From Balanoglossus misakiensis (lineage: Eukaryota; Animalia; Hemichordata), in the NCBI GenBank assembly GCA_040954595.2, contig CM082576.2:6513129-6577128 (forward strand): 64,000 nucleotides of DNA, written 5' to 3'. A program made the position numbers and the translations under genes. Below the pieces are notes generated by a model that worked only from the letters and a program-made list of their open reading frames with translations, made no database searches and was not told the DNA's origin. How positions within the stretch are numbered: the stretch's first letter is position 1; every line of letters begins with the position of its first letter. Below, piece by piece: positions 1 to 13,760 of the stretch.

Positions 1-1196
1 ATGGCTGTCCAGTTTAGATCTTATATAATGATTGATTTCTCAGTAACCCTTATTGATTTGTATGAATAGAGTGGAAAACATGGCCGAATGACCTTCTGTG
101 GAGATTTGTCTCAAGTGAATTACTGAGTAATTTACGAAGCTAATCCTGCCTGTGGTATTACACAAGGTAGCTCAGCTGCTTCTGAAACTGGCAAAATCCT
201 TTTTCATTTGGACAGAAATCCATCCTACCGTTCACTATAATAAATGTGTCAGTTTAAAACCGAGTCTAATTTTGATCGAAGCAAGGCTGCTTCTGTGGGC
301 AACAAAAATGTACACTTACCCTTCATGCACTCTGTTTAATACTCTCATACTGTAATTGGTCACATTTTATGAAAATCTTCTGATAATTAAACCATTTTAT
401 CACAGCATATGTGAGTGAAACTTGAGACATGCAGGTTGCTTTAGCAAACTGTAAATGTATACTCTAAAGCATTTGGCATAATCGCCAAGCTTTTAGGTCC
501 GTGCCATCAACGTGCAAGATTCTACTGAAATGTTTATCCCTCAAATATGCACTTGGGAAAATTGGAATGGAATGATGCTTGGTGCGTTCATGTTCCATCA
601 AGCAACTGTGTAGCCAGTAGTTCCATATAAGGAGTGGTGATGCTTTTCTGTCGTGATGCAGGTAGTCCAGTTCCTAGTCGTGCGATGAGATCATTTTCAC
701 TAGTTATAAATACATTTACAGCCAGCTGTCAGACATGCTTTAGGGGTCTCTTCCATCTATACAAACAGCAAACGACCATTAGGAGGATAAGCGTGAAATG
801 CCATGTGGTGTGAGCTTCAGTACCAGCATGGATGTGCCCACAGAACATATAAGATGTCTCCCTTTTTATTTCCAGAGTTTCTGTCAATAAACCTGATCTG
901 ACATACTTGTTTTATCGAATTAGCATTCAATGCAATCCTCAGATCTTCTCAAAACGTTCCAAACATAGCAGACTTCCTCCCTACCAACTTCATCTACCTT
1001 GAATTTGATATCTGACCTCATGCAACACATCATAAAGTGACCTTGTCCAAAACCATTTCATAGCACTGTTGTTGCACTGGGGAATAAATGTGAGTCAGCC
1101 TTTACTATTCCAGACCTTGAATCAACTATAGGATTTTTTGGAACTTTTCCAAATTCATACATAAATAGAATAAATGAATCTTCAGATTAACAGATT

Positions 1197-1274
1197 TTCA
1201 TTCATTCATTCATTCATTCATTCATTCATTCATTCATTCATTCATTCATTCATTCATTCATTCATTCATTCATT
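1197..1274. repeat. (TTCA)n tetranucleotide microsatellite
   Basis: About 19 tandem TTCA units ending just upstream of the splice acceptor AG at 1281-1282. Confidence 0.97.
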
Positions 1275-1282
1275 CTGTACAG

Positions 1283-4200
1283 GACATGGAAGAATGCACA
1301 GCTAGGAGACACAATGATCCAGACGTTGGAATCACAGGGATTGCAATTGGTTAGAGAAAGCCAGGAATACAGAGAACGATTACACACAGAAATATGTGCA
1401 AGACGGGAAGAAATGGACAAAAATGAGGTAGGATATACAACAATCCTTGTCAAGAAAAAAAAGGAACATAAATTTATAAATATTTGTTGTGTTTGTGGAT
1501 GACTCTGCTCTATATTTTTTCTCACCTGGGTAGGAATTAGAGAGGATAGCAGTAGAGTTAGAAAAAGAGAAGAAGAAAATAGAAGAAACTGCCAAAGAAT
1601 TACTGGACGAACTGGAAAGAAATAAAGTGTGAGTATTTTGGATTTGTTGGTATGTGGATTTGACTTTTCGAGGTGTTTGAAATAAACTGTGCAGTGTTTT
1701 CACCCTTTTGCCACAAGGATCCAGAAAATAACGTTCTGTGCAAACATTTGACGGTTGCTGACAACAAATTGATTTCAGTCTTTAGATGATCCCATCATTG
1801 GCACGTAATACATTCACACTTCCTGGTTAAATTTTTTTTCGTCATATCAAATTCCTGATACATGTATGGTAACCATGTGAACTTCAGACGGAATGTGTAA
1901 AAAATTTCAGTTTAATTATAGAGCAGGTTTCTGAAGTAGATTCTTTTGCAATGCACTGTTTATCCTTAATGGCCAAAGCGAATATTAAATATCCCATGTG
2001 TTTAATTTCCAACTCTGTGTTTTCATAATCTTTCTTCCCACAGTTGGAGAATGTTTACCAAACATACTCTTGTTTGCTTCAGATATGCCTGAAAATATTT
2101 TAGAGAGCCACATCAACGTTTGGATGTGCTGATATCATTGTTTATATATCATATTTAAAAAAATACGTTTCAGTGAGAATTTAACAATTCTGGTATGTCC
2201 CTGTTGTCCCAGATTGTGTTTAAAAACTCCACCAATGATACCTGAAATCTGGTGACATCCACAAAATGAACTGTCAGATTTTCAAATGTATCTGTCATCA
2301 ATGTTGGAGGATAATCCAGTGTTTAATACCATGCTGACATTTCTTGTTTTCAGGGAGTTGGAGGACACAGTCAGTCTGATGAAACAAGTTGAAAAGGACA
2401 AGCTAGACTTGAATTCATCAACGCACGAATTGCATCAAAATTTGGAGGTGAGAACTGTCGTAAATCTTCATTTGTACAGGATTGATTTCATGTCACAGAC
2501 AGGGTCATATACCTGATAATCTGTAGTACCCTTTCTAAAGATAGGCAGTATTTCTGTGGAATGAATTGGGTTCAGGAGCCTGTAACATACAAACAGTACC
2601 ATGTCGAATATCCAATGTCCAGCTGGACACACGCCTAATGATTCATGCCACCATCTTTGATCCCTGGACAGCTTCTTGCGCAAGAGAAAGAAAAGACGCT
2701 CAAGGAACTGAAGATGAAGGAGGAAGTCACGCAGAAACTCTCCAGCGAGAACAAATCACTGAGTCAAACAACAGAATCTCTCAAAAAGACACTTGTGTCA
2801 ATTGAGGAGAAAACGACACAGCTTGAAGACGAGAAGAAGCAGACAGAACACAGGTGTGTGTGTGTGCGTGATTGCATGATTTGGTCGCAGTTAGGAATTG
2901 GTGTACATTGGCTTCATTATGAATAGCTGTCTGTATGACACATTGAGTCGATCAGACACCGGTTCACATTCTGCTTTTGTGTGCAGTGCATTTGTAAAGG
3001 GGCCAAAAGTAGTCCTCAGCACCGTGACCCAGGCAAATGCTACATTACTGTGAAAAAGTCCACAGTGATCTGGTTCAGTTGAAAACCGTTTCTTTTGTGC
3101 AAAAGGAGAAGTGGGCATTTTTTGAACAAAACTGACGTTGAAAAACTAACATTCATGCATATGTGGTTGCAGGTTGAAAGACAAAGAACGAGAAGCCAGG
3201 GCTCTTGAAGAAGAGAAGAAGTTGTACGTGGTCCATGCACAGGAATTAGAATCATCGTTACATGTAAGTTTTAATGTTGATAGTGAAAATAGCTACTTCA
3301 TGGTATAACAGAATTTGATAGAATTTCTTTTTCTGACACGAGTATACAAATATGTCATATGTCATCATAAGTCAGTGTATGGTCAAGTTTTTCACATATA
3401 GACCATTTTGTGTGCAATTGCAGGATTTAACTGTTCAGAAAGACATGACAGACGCAGAGCTGAAGGAGGAAATCATCGCACGGAGGGAGGCCGAAAGACG
3501 ACTTCGAGAAGCTGAGGATGCGCTTGGACGATTAGACGTGGCAATCATACAATCCAGGCCGCCAAACAGAACAAACAGTTTAGATGTAGAAATCTCAACC
3601 AATGTAGCAACTCTGAAAAGTAAGTGGTGCACGTTTTCGTCCAGATCTGCAAACCCTGAGAATACTGAGAAAAGTAGTATTTTTACCCTGAAGTATTAAT
3701 AATGGCCATCCTGTGTGCATGGCAAACTATTTATTGATCGAATCTTCATTATAATCATCTGCACAGGATTCTTTGAAGACATAGCTGAGGAGGCCAAGAT
3801 TGACTCGGATAAACCAATGATCATGAAAAACGCTCTTCATGCCAGGAAATCTTTCATCAGGAAAACGAGGAGTTTCAAACACCGGAAAAATCGGGAACGG
3901 GCCAAGTCTGCAGGTATGTGATCTGTGCAGTGGCAGCGCCCTCTTGTGTCGTGCTATCCGCAATGCTAACTTTTCTAGTGTTAAGTTATAGAATATGATT
4001 TGTTGTGCCAGTGAATTTAATTTCAAAGTACCCAAACATTTTGTTTTGTTTGTGTTTTCTGTTTCCGTTTTCTCTTTCAGTTGCTGCTACATGTAGTTCC
4101 AGCTGCCTTTACACACTTTTGTTTGCCAGTATTTAATAAGTGTTCTGTAGAAAAAATTGCACTGTAGTATTTTTTATTTCTTGTGCACCATAACAATATA

Positions 4201-6090
4201 TGCTTCATGCTTGTAGTTGTCCAATGAATGTTATTAGACCCCAATCTTACTTTCAGTTTTCTGGAACTTGCTTTACACAGCATACCATCTGGGCTAAATT
4301 TTGTTTCGCATCCATGCCGTATATAAATAAGCTTTAATGTGTGTGAAATGCGTTTGTATTTATTTCATTAGTATCTGTAAAGTCGAAAAAACTCATATTA
4401 CATGTATGTATCATGAAAAGTAGATCAGAAAATTGGAATACTCAGTATTTCATCATTCCGAAATTTCCCTCACAAGTACATGCATGAAAGTATTACTATA
4501 ATCGACTCTCACCGTTATTAAAAACTTGTGTGTAAACTCTTTGTCTTTCATTTCTCTCTCGTCGTTGCTTTTATGTCTTCTCTCTCCAAGATTCTCGCCT
4601 GCCTTCCACTTCCAAATCTTCCACCACTGACAGATTTAAAGATGTAGACAGGAGAGATAACCGGTCTCCTAGCAACAGAGGAGACCCGAAGCCCAATGCC
4701 AACAGAAACAACATCCCAAACGCGCCATCCTCGGCCAGTAACAAAAGCAGCAGCTCAACATCTTCATCATCATCATCATCAGGCAAAACAAAGCCACAAA
4801 GTCGACAAACACAAATTTAGGAAGGTAAAATTTCCACAGTCCCAAGTCTCAGTCCGTGCTCCTCTTACGTGTACAGTAACAGTATTTCTCAAGTACTTTT
4901 TTCTACTCTGATTTCTACGTGATGGTTGTGCTGTACTGTGCATGCAAGTATTCTACACTAATAGATCCTCCTTTGTAGAGTAGCAAAAGACAACAACAAA
5001 CATACATATTTTTATTTTAACATAAACTTGCTACGTTCATAATATTTAGTGTCATTTCCATAATCCCTTGACTTGTAGTAGACATTCTGTTGCTCATCTA
5101 CATCAGATTGAGGACATTTGTATCCACAAGGCTTGGTTTCATCATTTACTTATGTTTATCTCATATCCAGCATGGATCCCCTTAGTACTTTATAGAATTA
5201 CCCCCCCCCCCCCCCCCCCCATAACACAACTGTGACAACTGTTGGGATGACTGTGCCTTCTCTCCCTCCTTCCCTCCCTTATACAGGTTACTCTGACCAT
5301 GGGAATCACAATCTCGTTTTAATATCAATCTTACAGTCACAGTGCATGAATATTATTTGTTAGTCCTGTCAGTGTGTAAATCTCTCCCTATATAGAATCT
5401 CACAAACACCTGGCATGTGAATACCATCTTCTAATCCCCTTCATTTTCAATTTACAGAACAACACAGACTCCAGAAGACTTCATATATGTAGTATTGTGT
5501 ATTTAAATCATTTCAGATAAAAATCCTCAGTCTAACGCATATTGATTTTTCTTTTGCATGCATACCTGTACCTGTATTGATTAAAGGAGTTGTATGACCT
5601 TGTCAACCCATTCTCCATGTACAGAGGTCCAGCAACAATTGATTGGGCCAAATCAGAATTTCTTAAGAGCAGTCATTTTGGAGACATCTCAGTGAATTTA
5701 TTAGTCTAATATGAAGTCATAATTTTACATCATTACAGGGATATCTGTAAGATGCATTATGTTTATTTGTGTTGTTTATGATATAACCTTTATTATTCAG
5801 CCACCACCTTGGCATTTGTGCCGCAAGACTGCTAAGAAATGAACTACACTGGTGTAGGAATTACATGTAGTGAAAGACAATTTTGTTTCTTTCTCCCACC
5901 AGCGGGTGATTTGGGGCGAAGGAGACTGCGACGGAGCGCAAACCACCAAGAGGATGAAATGGAAGCATTGAAGCTCACTGCAAGGGAAGTAGTCAGACAT
6001 CCATCAGTTCGAAGAAGTATGATTGAAGTCCTGCACAGGGACGATCCAGACGAAGTCTTTGACAGCATCAAGTTTGAACAGGATGTCTAA
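1283..6090 (+). CDS. PLEKHD1: Pleckstrin homology domain-containing D1-like coiled-coil protein, 3' part (PH-domain exons lie upstream of the window)
   Basis: Phase-consistent GT-AG exons 1283-1427, 1534-1628, 2354-2447, 2672-2853, 3173-3263, 3424-3619, 3767-3913, last exon 5903-6090 (TAA). Translation [25 protein letters not shown]...RALEEEK...[14 protein letters not shown]...LKRFFEDIAEEAKIDSDKPMIMKNALH...EMEALKLTAREV follows vertebrate PLEKHD1 as I recall it ([41 protein letters not shown]...MPVIMKNS; NMEELKEVAK). Confidence 0.85.
4591..4820 (+). CDS. PLEKHD1: Alternative terminal coding exon of PLEKHD1 (Ser-rich, low-complexity tail)
   Basis: Long pyrimidine tract plus AG at 4589-4590. 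Phase 1, matching the donor after 3913. Reads (D)SRLPSTSKSSTTDRFKDVDRRDNRSPSNRGDPKPNANRNNIPNAPSSASNKSSSSTSSSSSSSGKTKPQSRQTQI, TAG at 4818-4820. Confidence 0.6.
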
Positions 6091-7771
6091 AGCATAGTCA
6101 TTATCCATTTTAGCTTGTTTCTTTATTTTTGCATTGATATATGGAGGATCATTAAGATTTAGTTGTAGAAATCCCACCCGGAATATTTGCCAATAAGTAA
6201 CCAGGAGAACATGTTTTTGTTGTAGAATCTTGTGTAGTTCTTGCCAAATCGGGGGTTTCCAAGCATATTACATGTACCCGGAAATCTACGCGGAAAACTA
6301 CCAACCAAACCAAAGCTTGAGCAACTGACAGGGCGCCCTCAATGGTCGAAGTGATGTTTTCAGTTTAGCTTATCACAAGTTCCCAGTGTGTTACAGACTA
6401 GTATCTGTCACGGGAGGCTCTCTCTATAGCTCCTGAGGAGAAAGCAATACAGAGCTTTGGGGCCGTAGTGCGGGCGAACTCAGTAAACATAATCATTTTC
6501 TGTCCCAGGTGCATGACTGCTTGCTGAGCTGAAACCAGTGTTTCATCTTTTTTGTTGAGTACCGTTTCTAGTGCTTTTGTAGTTCAAACACAGGGCAAAT
6601 CATTCAGTATATTGTTTTCACATCACCATACTAACCAGAGGCTGAACTGTTTGAATTCTTATCTCTGTATTGTCCAAAATGTCTGTTAATTATCTGAGTT
6701 GTTTTTGTATTCTGGTGTGGATATTTACAACATAATCGTGTGAAAAATACTTCCCAAAATTTTTAATTTTATGAAAAGTTATTTAATATCATCAACATAC
6801 TGTGTTGTTGGCAGTATTTTTTTAATCATTACGCTTTGGTCTGGGTGGAGGTGGGTATAGTAGGTTAGAGATCCATGAAATTGGGAACTCTTACAGCAGT
6901 ATTCATTTAACATTGTATATGGACATACCAAAGATCCGGTAAGCTACCAAATGTAAAGTAACTTTATTATGACTGTCCTTTTGTAATATCAGGCAAATGT
7001 TATAACTTTATTTTGAATCAGGCTCTGTGCATACAGAGCAGTCTGTTTTAGAAATCCTCTCAGTTGAAGGGGCGTCATAGTATTGTTCAATCCACTACTG
7101 CCAATTCACAATACGCACGAGTTCTACCTGCAGGATACTTTGACCATGTGTGAAGCTTTATGTACTCCTATAGATTGTCCATCAATTGTTGTCATGGTAC
7201 AGACAACTAATTGCCAATCCAACAGATGTCAATATCCAATTTGCATATTTATATATATTTACACCTGCAGAGCCTGTTGTTTTTATTATGAAATACTAGT
7301 ACAGAGATAATATTATTATGTAAATATTTTCCCTGGGGCCAACTAACCTTGCTGTATTCTGTACCTTGACTTTTCTATATTATTACTTCAGAATCATAAC
7401 TTGCCATAGGGGTGTACATATAGGGCTGTATTTACATTAAACATTTTGCCGTGTATAGTTTTGAATAAGGATAGTCTTACATATATGGGAGGGTTATTTA
7501 TGCTGATCTGAAGGCTCTCTACAATCTAATCTGGTAATTACGCATTTACCAGATGTGTGTGGTTTTATCACCTAAAATGTGTCGCCATGGCAAGTGACAT
7601 TTTTCATCGGTTGTACTGGTATCATTTACAGAGTATCCTGTCAATTAAATGCGAATTCTTACTTTTTTCCCCCTGAAACAACTTTCCTTTGTTCCCTGGG
7701 TTTCATCTGTGTGGTCACAATTCACAATGAATCAAAAATAGACAAACACTTGGAAAAGTTTTATCTTTCAA

Positions 7772-7874
7772 AATAAAATAAATTGATGCTTCCATTTTAG
7801 AAATCTTTCCATTAAATTGATATTTGTGTTTGTTTGGTTGATCACATGCACATCTTTATTGATCTAGTTTTATT
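7772..7874. terminator. Convergent poly(A) signals of PLEKHD1 (+) and ARV1 (-)
   Basis: AATAAAATAAA at 7772-7782 on +. TTTATT (AATAAA on -) at 7855-7860 and 7869-7874. Confidence 0.45.
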
Positions 7875-8481
7875 GCAGTGAAAATTCAGGATTGATGATA
7901 TGCAAATGAATGACGCCCAAGGGTTCAGAGGTCAATCATGTCAAAAAGAATGCACTCATGATGCTCCATTCCATGTTTGCACCATTTGATCACAAATCTC
8001 TTCAAATTTTGTTATTTGTGATTTCAAATTTCAGCATGGACATTAACAAAGGTGTGAATACAGATTTACGTGTAAATTTGAATATCTGTATGTAGTGGTA
8101 TCTAATCTGGGATCCTATAGCAGTACTCTCTCTCCTTGGTGCTTGGACACATTTACCCCAAATTGGAGTATTTGAAATGGAATAAAAGTCACTTTTTGAT
8201 GAAAAATCAAACACTCATTGCGTCTACTATATTTTATCTGAACCTTTTACATGAACGTTTGAGTACTTGGTTCAATCTGACATTGGGTTTTGACAGTCAT
8301 AACATGTATACAAGTTGGGCGATGCAAAACAGCACACTTCAGGACCAGTAGTAAAAAAAATAATTTATTCTGGATTGTGCAACATAGCTGTTGCTGTCAT
8401 TCTATAGACTACACTACTTTGTAATAGTAGGAAAAAATGTTCATACATCTCTAGTAATGTAGGATCTTGTACATTTCTAAA

Positions 8482-10369
8482 TCAGTCAAAAAACACAATT
8501 TCCAAGGTTGGCGTAACAAACTGATGAACAACCAGCTGGACCGCATAACCACAGAGAACCAATGAGGAACATACCAGTGTATGTCTCTGAAATAAAACTG
8601 AAGAGAACAGCGGGTTTAATGAACTGACCAACAGGGAAATGATGACCCAAGAACTTTTTATGCTTGCAATATTCAATTGGTATCCCCCCAAGCATTCTTC
8701 ATCTCTTTATCATTGAAAGAAAAATGGTTTACCTTTTATGGACTGTACACTGGAGGTAAATACAAAGAGACTGGTCAACCAGAGAAGCAGAAGTCGACTG
8801 CTTTGTCCCCAAACAACAGCCGGTATCACCAACAGTTTGCCAGAACTTGACAACATCAACGCTCTCACTTGTAAACTGAGACTGCCATGACAAAAAAAAA
8901 CATTTGCGCATGAGTTTTAGACCCCAGGCTGTGGCTTTCTGTAAAATTATTGAGCCTTCCAGAAGAATGTACCATTATGCTGTGGAGAACATTGTATTGT
9001 GTTTTCTGGGAACCAACAGTGGTTTGAGTTCTGATAAAAACCTTTGACACAAGTTAATCTGTATGAACTCACCTTGGGGGATAAAATGACGAGGTATTGG
9101 TTGTTGGCAGAAACAGCCTGCATGCTAGGATAACACCACACATGAATGAAGCAAACTCTGGGAAGGAGGGGAAAAGAGAAATAGACTTGTAAGTTTGTGT
9201 TGCAGGAAACTCTTTCCACGATTAGTTTTTCACTGGAGACTGAAAGGTTCGTTCATCTGTGGGTGCTGTGATGTGAAGTGATGCTCCCAACCATAGGGTT
9301 TATGGAGGTAATTAGTCAGTGAAAGAGGACAAAAAGATCATCCATACCTAACCCAGCAATAAAAAACATGGCATAGTAGTCCCACTCCAAGGCGTAGTAA
9401 AGGAAGTCTTTGGTGCCATCAGCGTTTTGAGCTTTCAGATGTGACCACTTCATGTAGGCATCACAGAGCAAGCAGAGAACGCACAGCTTCCAATGTACCT
9501 GTGTGAATGAATGCGAAGAATTTAGCTTTATCGTGGTCTCTGCATTCTCTCTCTCTTCTTGATAACATACCATGTATGGTGAGCTTTGTCACCACACTAA
9601 TTTAAGAAATTGCACTTGACATGAATGGGAGAGACTGTTGCTAATGGTACTTTCAGTGAGAAAACAACATAAAAACAAACTATACGTTTTACCGTCTGCA
9701 TTTGTACATACATTTATTTTACTGTTGTATAGTATATGTCTGTATGCTTGAGATTTGTGTAGAACAGCATCAAGGAGTATAATCACAGGATCAAATTCAG
9801 TGTATTTGTCAACTACTTGGCCACAGGTATCCTGTAATGAAAACAACAACACAGAAATCCGTGTGGAAATTAATTAGTACCTGTGTATAGCATCTGACAA
9901 TCTCTTATCAATTCTGGCGGGTCACTGATGTTTCATTGGTGAAATATCCATGACAACGACGACGACAACAAATGACATCATATTTAGACATACATATACT
10001 AACAGCCAAGGGGAGTCAACTGTAGAGCTACGGAACTAGACTTTGCAACGTGGGTATATACTGGGAATTGGGACATGCTTCTTGCACACAAGATCACCCA
10101 TGAATCAGATCATGGAGGTAGGAAATGAAGACTCGAAGAGATCGACTTCATCCCAGACAGGAACAGTGACAGTGTTGATGTACACACAGTCGCTGAGGCC
10201 GCTGTAGACTTACACAGTGGGTTATCTTGAGTACGTTGTCACCAAAATATCTGTAGAGCTCTCTAGCGCCTCTACCACATTCAATGCACATAAATTCATC
10301 GTTGCAACTGCCAGTTTCATCGTCCTTCTTCAAAACACCAGCGCTGGCGTCTGCTGCTTCCGATGCCAT
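8482..10369 (-). CDS. ARV1: Protein ARV1 (ER lipid/sterol homeostasis, GPI synthesis), 256 aa
   Basis: Exons 10369-10214, 9831-9712, 9498-9348, 9157-9073, 8875-8733, 8597-8482; total 771 nt, all GT-AG, phases consistent. Arv1 homology domain CIECG...LYRYF...[42 protein letters not shown], then WKLCVLCLLCDAY and ALMLSSSGKLLVIPAVVW. Confidence 0.95.
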
Positions 10370-11290
10370 GTTGATGACCTGGCCTGACCTGGGGATTTGC
10401 CCGTTGGTGGCGCCTATTGGACCCAACTCAACCTTCGTGAAAACGTTGCATTTATTTTACTTGTCATGAAGGGATCAGTGACTTTTATCGTGTACCAAAC
10501 CAAAGTGACCGGACACCCGCACTGCGAAGCCTTGTGTTGGTTTGTTGAAGTACCCAGCTACATTCGTTGTCATTCCGATCACATCCTGCATATCTGCATA
10601 TAGGCTATTGAAGTGTGAACCCTATACACGCAGTGCACTGCAGTAGATATGCGATGACTTCATCGCGCGTCATTATCGGTCAGCACTTTGAAAAGCAAAC
10701 GAATAAGCCCTTTGACCCTTGGATATACGCCCGATAAACACATTTAATATAGCTTTGTTCCCATGGGACAAAGTCTTTAGAGGTTTTAAGATGTGGTTCT
10801 TATAGCTGAAGTGCCCGTATGTCTGTAGGCCTAATTCTTTTGAGTTGGCTTGTAAGATAAGGCACCGTACCGTCACACATCATTTGCGAACCAATCCAAT
10901 GTGGTCGACTCGTGGATATTTTGTTATGGATGCTGTTATCGGGACCACTTTACCTGTATATACAATGAGATATATGCCTATTTCTCTGTATAAGATTTGA
11001 CGCTTCTCAGACAAACTTCAGTCTATGACTGATTAATTTCCTACATACTTTTCAAGAATATTATCAGCAGGAGAAATGTGACAATTAGGCTATTTTTATT
11101 TTGTATTCCCAGAACCATTACTCGTCTAGTTGCGAAATGAGGAAAATATCAAGAGTTCCAGTTTTGATTTCCAGCTTTGCTTTAATTTGACTCCTGCAAT
11201 CGGAGGTGACTATGTCATCAAAGATGACAGAATAACCCAGTCTTAAATTTATCCACTTTGGAACCAAGGCAGTTTGAGGCGGCATCGACA

Positions 11291-13760
11291 ATGGAGTCGC
11301 TGTCTATCGGGGTGTATCTCGTCCTTTTTGGGCCAATCGGAGTTTTTGGCGGTACCGCCGACTTCGATCTGTCGCTTCTGTCCTGGGAATCGCAAGACGA
11401 ACTTCTAGAACTTGAACAGAGGGGGCTTTCTAACTTCACAGGTAGGCTCTCGCTGTGAGGACTCACGATTGAAACTTCGGTGTATGCGTGTTACAAAAGA
11501 CAACATCCCGTTCTATCATTTGAATAGTCTTACTGGTATACCATGCGAACGCCCATGCACTCAAAACTAAAAGCAACGTCACCGCCCAGGAGATCTCAGT
11601 TTGCCATGGTAAACCGTAGCTAATTTTCCATAGGTGGCCGTATACATTTAAGCAGAAGTACCCATACAAGCTTGGTAGCCATGTTGACATTCACATTTCA
11701 TGCCTGGAAGCACTTCTCCTCCACACACGCAAAATCATATTCACTTTTGGAAGATCTGTCGTTTATTTCAGCCCAGCCTCGCCCAATCTATCGGAAAGAC
11801 CTCCCGGATGACTACGTCGCCTACTGGGAAATTGAGGTCAACGCTTCCGAATATGTCACCATAGCTTCTGGTGCAAAGACGGGAGACTATCGACTAACCC
11901 AAGAAGGTCCACTGCCGAGTCCGACTACTCTGTTGGACGACAACGCGAAATTGGTGGAATCCAGCTGCACGCGCTATTACATGTTGTCTCCAGATGGGCA
12001 GATGTTCTGCGAAGATGAGAAAGGAAGGATAGTCGCCACTTCATCGGACGGATTACTTGGCAACGGAATTTTTGAACAGGTAGTTTATGCTTTCTGTTAA
12101 AGTGAAGGCTATAATGCTTACAAATGTTAAATGACGGAGAGACAGTACAGACAGACACACAGAGAGAATACTGATTCTTTTTATCAGTCCTCTCCTCTCT
12201 CCTCCCTCCCTTCCCCTTTCTCTGCCCCCTCTCTATGTTAAATGTTTCTAGCAAGCCACTCACTGGCAAACCATTTCTTCGTTGTTTCCACAGAGTGCAA
12301 GACGCAAGAAATTCAAGCTGCAGATAACGATAGAGGAGCAGCTCGACGAACTACAAGAAGATTGGGACAAGCGACGCGTGAAGGTTGAACAGTCTGTCGT
12401 CTGGTCGTCAGCAACTGAGATTAAGAAGACGCCTGCACATAGACTCGGGCGAAATGACGTCGAGGTTTTCCACGGCGAGAGTTTCGTCGAACAAGCCATC
12501 TCACCGGGTCAGTAAGCATACCTTGCCAGTTTGTGTTTGCAAAATCAAGCAGATTGCAAAAACGAAATATTTTTAAAGGGTTAACGATATGAAGACAGAT
12601 CAAGACAATGCTCACATAATACGAACAAAACTAGCACTGTAATGAACCAAAAGTGTATATTGTTTATTTATTTAGGAGAAAAGGTGAAAATTGCGCTGAG
12701 CAGTTTGACATCTGTAGTCAGGATCAAAGTCCTTCCCTTCAATGTAAACATGACGAAGTCTGACTTGAGAAATTGGCAGGAAAGATTATGCAGAGTGCTC
12801 AACGACATTTGTGACACGGACACTCCAGAAATCGTCAACCTTGAGTTGTTAAACATCGACCAAGCGGGACGTCGGATACTCTCGCTTGAAATGCACGACG
12901 ATCTTGAGTATGTCAGGAAGACGTTAGAAGACAAGGAGATTGGTTTTCACGTTGAAGCAGACGTTGATGACGACGACGCTGTGGTTGTGAGGAGGTTTGG
13001 ATTTGATCTGACGGTCGCCGGTCGCCCCAAACGTCACACGGAGAGCGAGTCCTGGTCGAGTTGGGTCTACAGTTCGATCAAAGATGAAAATCTGTTCCCC
13101 GACTACTGGCAGCATACGGTTGACGACAAGTGCTACAGCGGGTGCGGCCCGGTGGCCTGGGCCATGGTTTTCGGCTACTACGATCGCCTAGCTCACACAT
13201 CCACTCCCCACGGATTCCAGAGGTCGCTCTGGCGGTGTGACGACGGAGGGACCGCGGGCAGCGATGACTGCGTCGCCCCGGCAACTTTAGACGACCAGGC
13301 CCGCGTGTACATCGAAGCTCTCCGAGAGGAACTCGGCACGTTCTGCCTCGGGGAGTCCGGCGCAACGACGCAGATGAACATGGACTTGGTGGAGGGGTTT
13401 TACTGCGACCGCCAGGGGGACTCCGCTCGCATAACCACCGTGCAGACAGGTGGCCTCCACGGGTTCCTCGGCATGTACACCGACCAAGTGGCCAATCTGG
13501 TCGTCAATGCCCTGGAGGAGGCGAAGTTGCCGGTGGTCGTCGGCTATCGTATCGGCGGCAGTGTCGTCCGTCAACACTACGCCGTCGCCACGAAGCTGCG
13601 TCGCCGCTCTCGCCGTTACCGCCACTGCTTCCTGTGGTTGTGTGAGGACTGGAAGACGGAATGGGACAACGACATCTATATCCATTTCGGCGGGACCAAT
13701 GGATACGGCAATGGATGGCGCGCTTGTGAAGCATTTTTCAGTGGCGTAGCTTATCCCTAG
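11291..13760 (+). CDS. Uncharacterised secreted papain-fold cysteine protease, streptopain (C10)/C39-like, 585 aa
   Basis: Exons 11291-11441, 11772-12079, 12294-12507, 12676-13760; 1758 nt in frame. Hydrophobic N-terminus (LSIGVYLVLFGPIGVFGG). RPKR at 13023-13034. DYWQ...CYSGCGPVAWAMVFGYYD (Cys 13143-13145), PVVVG...QHYAVA (His 13575-13577), IYIHFGGTNGYGNGW. Gene model well supported; family assignment from motifs only. Confidence 0.75.

Noticed and set aside
13078-13749. Several overlapping ORFs in other frames and on the minus strand
   Set aside because: Expected by-products of the very GC-rich protease exon.
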